Virus record (IMG/VR): IMGVR_UViG_3300042350_004191
Location: 1-64,000 of that record
Length of the DNA stretch: 64,000 nt
Direction: 5' to 3' (one strand)
Positions 35,967 through 45,139 of this stretch are shown one piece after another. How positions within the stretch are numbered: the stretch's first letter is position 1; each line of letters begins with the position of its first letter. Both the position numbers and the translations under genes were made by a program. Under the pieces are notes generated by a model. That model had not been told where the DNA came from and searched no databases. It saw only the letters and a program-made list of their open reading frames with translations.

Positions 35967-36417
35967 ATAAGGGTATTTATATACCCATCAATCATAATAT
36001 TCGTATTCAAAGGAATCCTTTGATCTCATGGCTTCTATTCTGTCCCTTTGTAAACGGAGGTCATCAATAATCTCAATGGCAACAGTAAGTTTCTTTTTGA
36101 GTTCTTCGTTTTCTTTCCTTAGTTCAATAAGGACAGGATTAGTTTTTGTTTCTACTTTGTTCATAGATTAGTTATTCAGTTGCTTGGTCTTATTAAGAAG
36201 TTCTCTTATCAAAGGGTTTTCTATAATCGAGGCAACAATTGAATCGTATGCTGCAACCATATAAACCTTTCCTTCACATATCTTAAATAGATCATCGGGA
36301 TCTTTGATAACATAGCACAGCACCGGATTAGGATCAACTATAGAGTTTCTATATTCCTCTCGAAAGATTACCCAATATCCTCCAAGCTTTACTTTTATAG
36401 GAAAGCTATGGGGTGGA

Positions 36418-36720
36418 TTACTTTTGGGTTTCTTGGAGTAGCTTGTAGGCCCTGCCCAAAGCCACTTGATTGCCGATTTTATGGTTGAAAGCATCTTCAT
36501 TTGAACATATTGCTTCTGCTGAAACGGTGATTGATTTGTCAGGATTAGTGAGTTCGATACGAGTCTTTCCTCCCTTGGGTTGGATTTCTTCGTATTCACC
36601 ATCCATCTTCTTGATGGTCTTTGTGTTTCGGGTATGAATGACTCTTACCTTGTAACCGCTTTGTCTTAGTGATTTAACTGTTTCCATATTATAAATTGAT
36701 TCTATTTCTTTTGATGGCAA
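36418..36720 (-). CDS. Conserved phage hypothetical protein
   Basis: GGKT...AICSNEDAFNHKIG..VALGRA motif. Confidence 0.6.
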   Translation of the reverse strand: MPSKEIESIYNMETVKSLRQSGYKVRVIHTRNTKTIKKMDGEYEEIQPKGGKTRIELTNPDKSITVSAEAICSNEDAFNHKIGNQVALGRAYKLLQETQK

Positions 36721-36879
36721 ATGATTTTTTTGTTTGTCCTTTGTATTTGAATGTAATCAGATCTTTGCCACTAAAATCTTCTTCTACATCCATAAATTCA
36801 ATATCAGGATTGTTGTTTAGTGAAAGATGTTCTCCATCTACCGTTACACACGTTTCATATTCCAAGAATGTTTGGCTGT

Positions 36880-37389
36880 TCATTTCAATGTTTTGTTATA
36901 ATCTGGAAACAAGGGATATGGTTGAGCAGATGCATGGAGTTCCCTTTGCTCTTTGAGTCGAACATTTTCTTTGTATTGGTTATAGCCCCACATATACATC
37001 AAACCCATAGCATGAACAATGATTACATAAATCATAATTGTTCTGAAGTCTGATTTGGAAGATGTTTCTTTCGGTGGTTCGTTTTCTTCCATCCACTTTC
37101 TTTTCCAGTCTTCTACGATAGGAGGTCTGGCTGTTTTTGGTTCGGGATTAATTACTTCATCAATATCGAGCTTGGCTTTTTCAATAGCAAGTTTTTCAAT
37201 ACCATCTCTGACTTCCATTTCATCTTCGATGATTTCAACAAGATCATTCAACAATGAAATACGATTGATTATTTTGAATTCAATGAAGTGTGTTCTTTTG
37301 AAATCCATCAGACCACGATAGATCTGGAAGAATTTCTTGTCATCTGATTTACGAATCAGATCTTCGATTGCTGTTGCTAATGTAGTCAT
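36880..37389 (-). CDS. Membrane-anchored hypothetical protein
   Basis: TM segment near the C-terminus. Confidence 0.55.
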   Translation of the reverse strand: MTTLATAIEDLIRKSDDKKFFQIYRGLMDFKRTHFIEFKIINRISLLNDLVEIIEDEMEVRDGIEKLAIEKAKLDIDEVINPEPKTARPPIVEDWKRKWMEENEPPKETSSKSDFRTIMIYVIIVHAMGLMYMWGYNQYKENVRLKEQRELHASAQPYPLFPDYNKTLK

Positions 37390-37395
37390 ATATTT

Positions 37396-38178
37396 TTAGT
37401 AGTTGAATACCATTTTAGGAGGAGCATCGTCTGTTTCATATTCATAGACTAGTTCTTCCTTCTTCTCAGTTTTGTCTTTGACATTATCGCCTTCAATTGC
37501 AGTAAAGTCAAACCCATTTTCGGTCATCTTGAAATAGGTTGTGCCAGCAGAACCAAAGCGGTTCTTGGTCACTTCAAATTCGCAGATGGACGAATCAAAC
37601 TTGTTGCGACGAATCATGATATTGCAATCAACATTGTGGGGGAACAGGGTAGTTCCCTTATATGTGCCACGCTTGGTCGAATGGAGGATCGTGCCGACCA
37701 CAACACCAAGCTGTTTGGCAGTAGAAGTAATGTAGTTGGCAAGATAGGTTTCGAGAAACAGACGGCGCAAGCCAGTCTTGCTTGCGATGGCAGGAAGGGA
37801 GTCGATGATGATAACATCAAACTTGTTTTTCTCGACTTCTTCAAAGATGGATTCGATCACGTTCATATTAGCAATCTGAACATGCTCAACACCGATACGA
37901 GAAGCGGTGAAGCCAAGCTGGTAGATGGTTTCTTCGGCTGAGATATAACCGACATTCAAGCCGTTCTGCTGGATGCCATTGAGCATTTGCAGGAGCATGG
38001 TGGTCTTGCCACAACCCGGCGTTCCCGCCAGAGTAAAGGTTTGACCAGCAATGAAACCTCCACCAAGAGCCTCGTCCAAGTCAGTGATGCCAGAAGCAAT
38101 TCTGAAATAGAAGTTGTCTGGAACCTCAACGTCTTTGGTCTTGATGAAGTTGGAATGTTGTATGTTTAGTTCAATCAT
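37396..38178 (-). CDS. RadA/Sms-like RecA-family ATPase (ATPase domain only)
   Basis: LDEALGGG, Walker A GTPGCGKT, YISAEE, IIIDS, KNRFG; boxed promoter at 38188-38216. Confidence 0.85.
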   Translation of the reverse strand: MIELNIQHSNFIKTKDVEVPDNFYFRIASGITDLDEALGGGFIAGQTFTLAGTPGCGKTTMLLQMLNGIQQNGLNVGYISAEETIYQLGFTASRIGVEHVQIANMNVIESIFEEVEKNKFDVIIIDSLPAIASKTGLRRLFLETYLANYITSTAKQLGVVVGTILHSTKRGTYKGTTLFPHNVDCNIMIRRNKFDSSICEFEVTKNRFGSAGTTYFKMTENGFDFTAIEGDNVKDKTEKKEELVYEYETDDAPPKMVFNY

Positions 38179-38225
38179 GCAGGGGTCAAGTTACACGGAA
38201 TTACCTGTAATGTCAACCACTATCT

Positions 38226-38768
38226 TCAGACTATTTGAAAGTGTCGAACATCATTTGGATCGTCAGACTTGACCCCGAAAATATTTGCGAGATAAAAACC
38301 ACCTTTCTTATTCTCGACATAAACTGGTTTAGGGATATTTAAATGAATTAAAAGCTTTTTGAGAAGGTCAACTCGATCTGAATTGAAACCAAATCCATCA
38401 GAATCAATAAATGATTTCCAGAAAGAAACATATGATACATCCATCTCACTTGTCTTACCTAATATGATACCCAGACTATCAACATCAATATTCTCGAAAG
38501 CTGATCCACCTTTACCAAAAACAAACAGACCATCCCCTTCTATTCCTTTTCTTTCTCTGACTTTTCTTAATAGATAAGAATGAGAAGGCATTGTCTCATC
38601 TTCCAGATGAGCATAAAATATCGTTTTGTTATCTTCATCAAATGCGAACAAGTATGCTTTTTCGGAAAAGAAATCTCTTGGGTATTGCCTACCATCCAAA
38701 CCAATAATCTTGTCTGGATTTTCTTTTAATAAAAATTCTTTTTCGTATAAAAATTTTACAAAATTCAT
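38226..38768 (-). CDS. Hypothetical late protein (start re-called, MNFVKFLYEKEFLLKE)
   Basis: TAAGTA just upstream of ATG 38768; the longer call runs through a terminator. Confidence 0.65.
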   Translation of the reverse strand: MNFVKFLYEKEFLLKENPDKIIGLDGRQYPRDFFSEKAYLFAFDEDNKTIFYAHLEDETMPSHSYLLRKVRERKGIEGDGLFVFGKGGSAFENIDVDSLGIILGKTSEMDVSYVSFWKSFIDSDGFGFNSDRVDLLKKLLIHLNIPKPVYVENKKGGFYLANIFGVKSDDPNDVRHFQIV

Positions 38769-38785
38769 ATTATTACTTATAAAGT

Positions 38786-38815
38786 AAAAACCCCTCTTGA
38801 AAAAGAGGGGTTTTT
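38786..38815. terminator. Bidirectional terminator
   Basis: AAAAACCCCTCTT-GAAA-AAGAGGGGTTTTT. Confidence 0.8.
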
Positions 38816-39504
38816 GTATTGTATTAGAGTAACGATGCAACTACTTTTTTAGCCCAACGAAATAATCCGAAAAAAATCTGAGCGATTTCTTTCAAATCTT
38901 CTCGCTGTATCGTTCCAACAAATCCAACTGTTCCATAGGGTCCGAAGACTATTCCTAATTGATGAGTTTGGTATTGTTTCATGTATTTTCATCTCCTTTC
39001 ACTTTATACTTAACAGCATTATCTATACCAAACAAGTTACAATATTGTAATACTTTATAACCTGTTGAATACGTGGAGGATAAAAAGTTTAAATGTTAAA
39101 ATTTCTTTCTTAATAAAATAGTAAAGAAGTATGGGCAAGTTTATTATGTAATAATAAGTTAACCAAAATTCAAACAAACATCTTTTGACCAAATATCTAA
39201 TTTTGTTTGTAAACATATATTTTTTTACCTTTTACTTCTTTTACCTTTACTTCTGGTTTAATTTTCTTTTCCCAAACTATATTATCATAGTTGTTTTTAT
39301 AGTTTTTGGAAAAACAATTTCTCGGTTTATCTCCTTTTCCTGCACTCATAAATTATTTTGAACAAGACTGAATTAAGAAAGCAAAACTGAAAAATAAAAC
39401 TACCAGTAAAGATGAACTGAAAATTATTGAAAACTTATTTTTCATAGCTTATTACTTTAGCTTCTTTTGGGTGTTTTGTCAATCTTTTTTGTAAGTAATA
39501 ATAT

Positions 39505-39714
39505 ATGAGATCAAAAGATGACATTATGTTACAAGAAGCTTATGAATTAATTCTTGAAGGTAAAAAGAAAAAAGAAACAAATAAAAAGAAACCCAATCCT
39601 TGGGCTGTTTGTAATGCTTCAACTGGTGGAAAAAAGAAAAATCCAGAAAAATTTGAAAGTTGTGTAAAAGGTGTTAAAAAGAAAACAGGATTTAAAGATA
39701 AAAAGAAAAAGTAA
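39505..39714 (+). CDS. Basic small protein with shared N-terminal leader (MRSKDDIMLQEAY..ILE)
   Basis: TAAGTA upstream; NPWAVC...KFESCV. Confidence 0.7.
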   Translation: MRSKDDIMLQEAYELILEGKKKKETNKKKPNPWAVCNASTGGKKKNPEKFESCVKGVKKKTGFKDKKKK

Positions 39715-40059
39715 ATGAAATCAAAAGACGATAAAAATCTTTTAGAGGCTTATTCAACAGTTTTAAAAGAAAATAGCTGTGGGATCATGGGTGATATGAT
39801 CGTTGCTCCAACCGAAACCGGACATCCCGAACAAACAGATTCTTCAAGAGAACAAGAAGAAACAAGTATGGATGAAAATAATGCTTCAGTCATTTTACAA
39901 AAAGCAAATGTTTTAGTATCCTTATTACAAAGCGGAGTTCGCTTAGATCCTTGGATGCAACAAAAAATTACTCTTGCTGCTGATTATCTTACAAGTGTAA
40001 CCGATACAGCAACATTCGATCAGCAAAAGAATCAACACCAACCTCATCATGAAATCTAA
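39715..40059 (+). CDS. Protein with shared N-terminal leader (MKSKDDKNLLEAY..LKE)
   Basis: ORF; LDPWMQQKITLAADYL motif. Confidence 0.7.
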   Translation: MKSKDDKNLLEAYSTVLKENSCGIMGDMIVAPTETGHPEQTDSSREQEETSMDENNASVILQKANVLVSLLQSGVRLDPWMQQKITLAADYLTSVTDTATFDQQKNQHQPHHEI

Positions 40060-40420
40060 AGACGATAAAAATTTACTCGAAGCATACGAATCTGTTTCTA
40101 AATTACAAGTAGAAGCAGAATCTAAAATATATCAACCCAAACAAAATATTGCGGGAGGAACTAGCACATCTTTAAAAGACTTAACATATGCAAAAAAAGC
40201 TGAATATGACGAAGATTTAGCTGAATGGATCAAAACTCGTATATCCAGAGAGCTTCCACAAGATTTAGATGTTAGAGAAGATCTGGTTAAACTTTATAAA
40301 AAACTTAGCGCGAATCAATTGGGTAAAGAAATTACAAAACCCAACGATGAAAAAGAATCTCAAGAAACCCTTACACGCGCACAATATGCAATGTCTGGTT
40401 ATAGTGGGCCAAATTCATAA
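40049..40420 (+). CDS. Protein with shared N-terminal leader (MKSKDDKNLLEAY)
   Basis: First 13 aa identical to the preceding gene; remainder unrelated. Confidence 0.7.
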   Translation: MKSKDDKNLLEAYESVSKLQVEAESKIYQPKQNIAGGTSTSLKDLTYAKKAEYDEDLAEWIKTRISRELPQDLDVREDLVKLYKKLSANQLGKEITKPNDEKESQETLTRAQYAMSGYSGPNS

Positions 40421-40843
40421 CACATAGTTCCCGTCATTGTCTGTCCAGATAACTTTTTTAAAATTAAAAAAACGAAGGAGATTCTCACATGACATACATG
40501 GTTTTGACAATGCTATTTCTTGCTTTCTGTTATACCTTATATTAATAAGGGTGCATTTCTTGGTGTCTATATTCGTAAGCTTTCTGAGCTTATTGATTGC
40601 ATCGAATTCACTACAGGTAAACTTTTCTCCCGATATATCTTTACCTGTCCTTGCACATAACTTTTTGTTTCTTAGATTTATTGGATGAGTCTTTCTACAA
40701 TTATGTCCTATGGATATAATTCTATTCTTATAAAGGATGAAAGAGAAATGGTTGCATCGCATTTCTGGATCAGGATCTATTAAAGACTTAGATATTTCCT
40801 CGATCCTTTTATATTTTTTTATATTCGATCCCATAAAATTCAA
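40415..40843 (-). CDS. Zn-dependent deaminase-fold protein, CxE variant
   Basis: IISIGHN, CSEFDAI and SKPCMSC motifs. Confidence 0.7.
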   Translation of the reverse strand: MNFMGSNIKKYKRIEEISKSLIDPDPEMRCNHFSFILYKNRIISIGHNCRKTHPINLRNKKLCARTGKDISGEKFTCSEFDAINKLRKLTNIDTKKCTLINIRYNRKQEIALSKPCMSCENLLRFFNFKKVIWTDNDGNYVL

Positions 40844-41219
40844 AGATGTCTATAGCTTTCATGTCATGGTCATATAATTCCGAATATATAACTTTCTTGA
40901 TGCCATAAGCAGCAATCATAGTAGCACAATTAGAACAAGGTAAGAGTGTGCAAGCCAACAAACTACATTCTCCACGTTTAATAAGAGAAAGTAAATTAGC
41001 TTCTGCATGAATCATGTATGGTCTTCTTTCATTTCGATCTAACCAAAAATTGTTATCTACGTTTTTTCCTGTAGCCAATCCATTGTAAGCAACACCTATG
41101 ACACGATTATCAAAATCCAAAGCACAAGCACCAACTTTTTTAAATTGATCTTCAGATCTTAAAGCTGCTACTTCTGCTATTTTCATAGCATACTCTTCCC
41201 ATGATAATCTAGACTTCAT
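40809..41219 (-). CDS. dCMP deaminase
   Basis: RSED..KVGAC, YNG, HAEAN and PCSNC motifs. Confidence 0.9.
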   Translation of the reverse strand: MKSRLSWEEYAMKIAEVAALRSEDQFKKVGACALDFDNRVIGVAYNGLATGKNVDNNFWLDRNERRPYMIHAEANLLSLIKRGECSLLACTLLPCSNCATMIAAYGIKKVIYSELYDHDMKAIDIFEFYGIEYKKI

Positions 41220-41988
41220 TCGCTATTTCAATAAATGCATGAAACAATTTTTCGTTTTGAAAAAGATTACAAGCAGTAAACCCTTGCCACATGTTCCAAC
41301 TGAAATTCAGTCTTTCTTTAAATCCTTTTATTTTGTTTCCACCGTTTTTACTCCCATTGATAATATTATCAAGAATAATGTTTGTAATAGTCCATAAATT
41401 ATTATTTTCATTTTCTATTTTTGTAGAATTTAACAAAGAAAAAGAATTGAAACTATATGGTTTTTTCTTTTTTTTGTATCGAATATCTGTTGCATAGTTT
41501 GCATAACCCATCATTTCCATATTGGTTAGTATTCTGTTTTTTGCTTCATTAATAGAATTATTAATGGATTCATAATATACTCGACAATGATCTAATTTTT
41601 TCGCAAGTTCTTCTATGGACAAATTATTTTTTTTATGAATAAAAACATTATCTTGCATAAAATATTTTGGTGTTATAAAATCTACTTTGGTAGTTGGATT
41701 ATGCCAACCAATTAAATAACTCAAGTCTTGTTTTGTATTCCAAATATAAATTTGGGGATACCCTTGCTGCAATGCAACATCATCGCTACATGTATTTTCA
41801 TGTACCAATACAGCACAGTGTTTCTTAAAATCGGTGCTGCCATGTGACACAGCATCCTTTAATACCCAACCTTTACCTAAAGCTATTTTTAAAATATCCC
41901 TAGTGGATGTATACAACCCTTCTTTGGAGGGTAAGCTAATAGTAGAAGCTTTGTCTGATGCATCTTTAATTGTTAGCGGTTGTATCAT
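41209..41988 (-). CDS. Divergent DUF932/DUF945-like protein
   Basis: T..IL..L..GW, KKH and NLWT..N....II.G...LN...W pattern; family core poorly conserved. Confidence 0.45.
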   Translation of the reverse strand: MIQPLTIKDASDKASTISLPSKEGLYTSTRDILKIALGKGWVLKDAVSHGSTDFKKHCAVLVHENTCSDDVALQQGYPQIYIWNTKQDLSYLIGWHNPTTKVDFITPKYFMQDNVFIHKKNNLSIEELAKKLDHCRVYYESINNSINEAKNRILTNMEMMGYANYATDIRYKKKKKPYSFNSFSLLNSTKIENENNNLWTITNIILDNIINGSKNGGNKIKGFKERLNFSWNMWQGFTACNLFQNEKLFHAFIEIANEV

Positions 41989-42478
41989 TTAACAGAAAGT
42001 TTTCAATTAATCTTTTGTAATAAAGATAGCTAATCTTATCATTAACTTTTAATTTATCAAGCATTGATGGTTTAGCTGTAGATAAAATTTTATCATTCAT
42101 TATAGAACCTTCTTCCGTAGTGTGTCCTAGACCTAACATATGTCCAGCTTCATGTGCAACTGCTCCTGAAAGATATTCTCCTTTCAATACATGATCGTAT
42201 TCTTTATTTAAAAGAACCGTTTTTGTTCTAGGTGAATATTGTGCAACCCAATCCGGTTTTTTAATTCGGCTTGGATCTGCATGTTCAATTATCAAATATG
42301 CACTATCAATTGATTCTGTTCTTTTAAAAGCCAAACGATTTGTGGTCCAATAATCTAAACCTCTGGCTATTTCTTCTGGATATGGACCATCATAATAATA
42401 TTCTATCAAAAGAGATTTTTCTCTTTTGAATTCAAAATAGAATAAAACACCTATAGCTATGATTAGCAATAATTTCAC
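41966..42478 (-). CDS. Membrane-anchored matrixin-like (metzincin) metalloprotease
   Basis: HEAGHMLGLGH plus SIM Met-turn; N-terminal TM; promoter at 42485-42513. Confidence 0.85.
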   Translation of the reverse strand: MKLLLIIAIGVLFYFEFKREKSLLIEYYYDGPYPEEIARGLDYWTTNRLAFKRTESIDSAYLIIEHADPSRIKKPDWVAQYSPRTKTVLLNKEYDHVLKGEYLSGAVAHEAGHMLGLGHTTEEGSIMNDKILSTAKPSMLDKLKVNDKISYLYYKRLIENFLLNDTTANN

Positions 42479-42516
42479 AAAACAAGTATGGCTATTTTTA
42501 CTTGTATTGTCAAACC

Positions 42517-43797
42517 TTATTTAAGTAATTCTTTGATAAAAGCAGCAGCCCATTTCTGAGCTTCGCCTGTGTTAGCGGCTCCACGGATATTCCCATCAAT
42601 AAAATTCATAACAGGCTTCATTTGTTCATCGGATATACTGCTTAATTTTTCAGCAGCTTTCGCGTATTGTTCAGGACTTAAATCTAGATTTTTAGCAGCA
42701 TTAACAAATGCTGGTGAGGGTCCATTAGACCAGTCACCCTGACCATTAATTCCTTTTTCAAATAAAGCTGAATCAAATTTGTTTTTAGCTACATCAAGTG
42801 GAGATTCTGGATTAAATGGTGTTTCATGGTATCTTTCGAAATAAGAATCAGGATTTAACCCTGCATCTACGGGTTGATCGATCAACTCAGCACTGGGTTC
42901 ATTAGCTGTCAGTCCCATCTCACTTTCTAGACCATTAATATATTTGGAAAGATAATCAATACTAACCCCTAATATAGGTGCAGCTACAGCAAGAATAGCT
43001 GCTTGTTTAGCGACTTTCTTTGGATCAGGTCTTTCTCCATTTAAAACATCTGTTGCTGCTTTTCTTAATGCACCAGCAGTTGCAGCTTTTAACATTGTTG
43101 CAGGAATACCAGCTATGCCAGCAATTGATGCTAATGCTCCACCAGCAGCAGCACCTAAAGCCAATAATGGTGCAGCCTTACCAACGAACTCTACTCCTCT
43201 TCCAATCGAATGTCTAATATCACTTAATTTAGATTCTGTTGGTTTAATTGAATACTCTGATTCTAATTTTGCGATCATTCCATCAATTTGTTTTTTTACC
43301 GAATCATCAGCACCGGAAGTTGTTCCTAAGTCCCTCTGAAGTTCTTTTAGGTGTGAACCAACTTTCTTTTGGAATATCTCAAATCTTTTGTTCACTCTTT
43401 GTGATTGAACATTGCTTTCTCCTGTGGGTGTTTTTTCTCCCATAGCAAATCTTTTCCATCCAGAAACATTAGAAGCAATTCTAGAACCTAATTTTTCCTC
43501 AACATAAGACTCTTCTTTGATTTCTTCTTGTGAAAAAGACTGTTCTATTTCTTTTTGGTCAGTAAAATCTTTAGGAGATTTTTTAATTTCGTCAAAAAAT
43601 TTATTGATTAACTCTCTATATTTTTCTTGTGCAAGTAATTCAGCCTCTAAATTTTCTATGGCCTTTTTTAATTCGTCTACATTATCTTCTATTTTTTGTT
43701 CGAGATCTGTAGGTAAACTATTTTCAACTTCCTCTTTTAAAAGAACTCGTTTAAAATAAATTTCTTGTAATGATTTAAATTCTTCTGTCTTGTTCAT
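42517..43797 (-). CDS. Probable internal/ejected virion protein with hydrophobic Ala/Gly segments
   Basis: Leader variant EEFKSLQEIY..VLLKE; APLLALGAAAGGALASIAGIAG segment. Confidence 0.6.
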   Translation of the reverse strand: MNKTEEFKSLQEIYFKRVLLKEEVENSLPTDLEQKIEDNVDELKKAIENLEAELLAQEKYRELINKFFDEIKKSPKDFTDQKEIEQSFSQEEIKEESYVEEKLGSRIASNVSGWKRFAMGEKTPTGESNVQSQRVNKRFEIFQKKVGSHLKELQRDLGTTSGADDSVKKQIDGMIAKLESEYSIKPTESKLSDIRHSIGRGVEFVGKAAPLLALGAAAGGALASIAGIAGIPATMLKAATAGALRKAATDVLNGERPDPKKVAKQAAILAVAAPILGVSIDYLSKYINGLESEMGLTANEPSAELIDQPVDAGLNPDSYFERYHETPFNPESPLDVAKNKFDSALFEKGINGQGDWSNGPSPAFVNAAKNLDLSPEQYAKAAEKLSSISDEQMKPVMNFIDGNIRGAANTGEAQKWAAAFIKELLK

Positions 43798-44831
43798 AAT
43801 AAATTACATTCTTTCAAAAATTCATTAAAGGGATTATATGATTCGTTTTTATATGAATACCTTGTTTTAGTTGGCCCGACTTTAGTTTCTGTTCTTGTCA
43901 CTCCAGATGGTTTTTTAGTTGTTTTAACTGGGGCGTTTTTTTGTTTAGACCATTTTTGGTTTAGTGTTTCTATCAAATTAGGATTTTTAATTATTTCTGC
44001 TTTTTTTGTTTTTCCTTTTTTACTGGATAAAACTACCCAATTTTTACCATCATACACATATTTGAAAATACCATGTTCAACAGTATCATTTTTCTTTGGG
44101 GATTCTATTGCTGTTTTTGATGTACCTCTTACAGGTGTAATTTCACCTTTAGGTTTTTTTGGTTGTTCTTGTGTTTTTTGTTGTGGAACTTCTTCAGTTT
44201 TTTGTTGAGTTGGTTCTGGTGTTTTATTTGAGTTATCTAAATCTTCTTTTCTAAATAAAGGTTTGCCGCTTACAATAGTAGATTTGATCTTACCTGTTGC
44301 TGCTTTATTCTGTAATTCTGTTTCAGATATTTTTAAATAATCTGCTGCACCTTTTATATCAAGATAACCTTGTACATTAGTTGTTGGTTTGGAAGTTTCT
44401 GGTGTCGGTTCACTAGTTGGTTCTGGTTGTGAAGTTGTTTTTACTTCCGGTGTGGTTGTTGAAGTTTGTGTGGGATTAGTTAAAAATTTCTCAAGATTTT
44501 CTATTTCTTTTAATCTTTGTGCTATAATTGGAAAATCTTTTTGAAGCGTATCGGGATTGGGATCTACTTTAAAAAGTTTCAAATCATTTTTGAAATCAGC
44601 AATTTCTTGTTGGACTTTCTGAACAAAGGATTTTAGTAAGGAACCTTGTTGGGCTTTTGCGTACTCTGTTCTTGCACTTGGACGATCAGCCGTATCGCCT
44701 GTAAGCTTTCCTCCAATATTTTTCATCAGTGTACCAGCACCTTGTTTGATACCAGCACCCTGACCTTTTAATCTGTCCCAAATCCCCTCTTGGTATAATT
44801 GTTCCAAGAGCAAATCATCATTATTTCTCAT
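43794..44831 (-). CDS. Leader-bearing protein with internal excisionase/MerR-type HTH
   Basis: MRNNDDLLLEQLYQE; YLDIKGAADYLKISETELQNKAATGKI..LFRKEDLD. Confidence 0.7.
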   Translation of the reverse strand: MRNNDDLLLEQLYQEGIWDRLKGQGAGIKQGAGTLMKNIGGKLTGDTADRPSARTEYAKAQQGSLLKSFVQKVQQEIADFKNDLKLFKVDPNPDTLQKDFPIIAQRLKEIENLEKFLTNPTQTSTTTPEVKTTSQPEPTSEPTPETSKPTTNVQGYLDIKGAADYLKISETELQNKAATGKIKSTIVSGKPLFRKEDLDNSNKTPEPTQQKTEEVPQQKTQEQPKKPKGEITPVRGTSKTAIESPKKNDTVEHGIFKYVYDGKNWVVLSSKKGKTKKAEIIKNPNLIETLNQKWSKQKNAPVKTTKKPSGVTRTETKVGPTKTRYSYKNESYNPFNEFLKECNLL

Positions 44832-44878
44832 ACTTATGTATTAATACTTATACATAAGTAAGAGTAAAAATGTAATTT

Positions 44879-45106
44879 TTAGTTGTCGATTCTATACAGA
44901 GCCAGAGAATCTCTCCGATAGGGGGGATAATCAGGATATCTGGGAATTACTCTGTAATGTGCAGACTCAACAGGAGGATAACCTGATGGTGTTACATACG
45001 TTTGACCATTGCCGTTGTTAGTTGAGTAAGATCTGGTCGTATGATATGCACAGCCAGAAGACAGCACACAACCTACGGTTAGCACAATATGGAATATGTT
45101 TTTCAT
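44879..45106 (-). CDS. Small lipoprotein under a boxed early-type promoter
   Basis: Lipobox SSGC; promoter at 45115-45143, TTGACC-ttacaagtaattcccta-TAGTCT. Confidence 0.65.
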   Translation of the reverse strand: MKNIFHIVLTVGCVLSSGCAYHTTRSYSTNNGNGQTYVTPSGYPPVESAHYRVIPRYPDYPPYRRDSLALYRIDN

Positions 45107-45139
45107 ACTCCACCAGACTATAGGGAATTACTTGTAAGG

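Noticed and set aside
43794-44831. Excisionase indicating lysogeny
   Set aside because: The HTH is an internal domain of a 345-aa late protein, and no integrase is nearby
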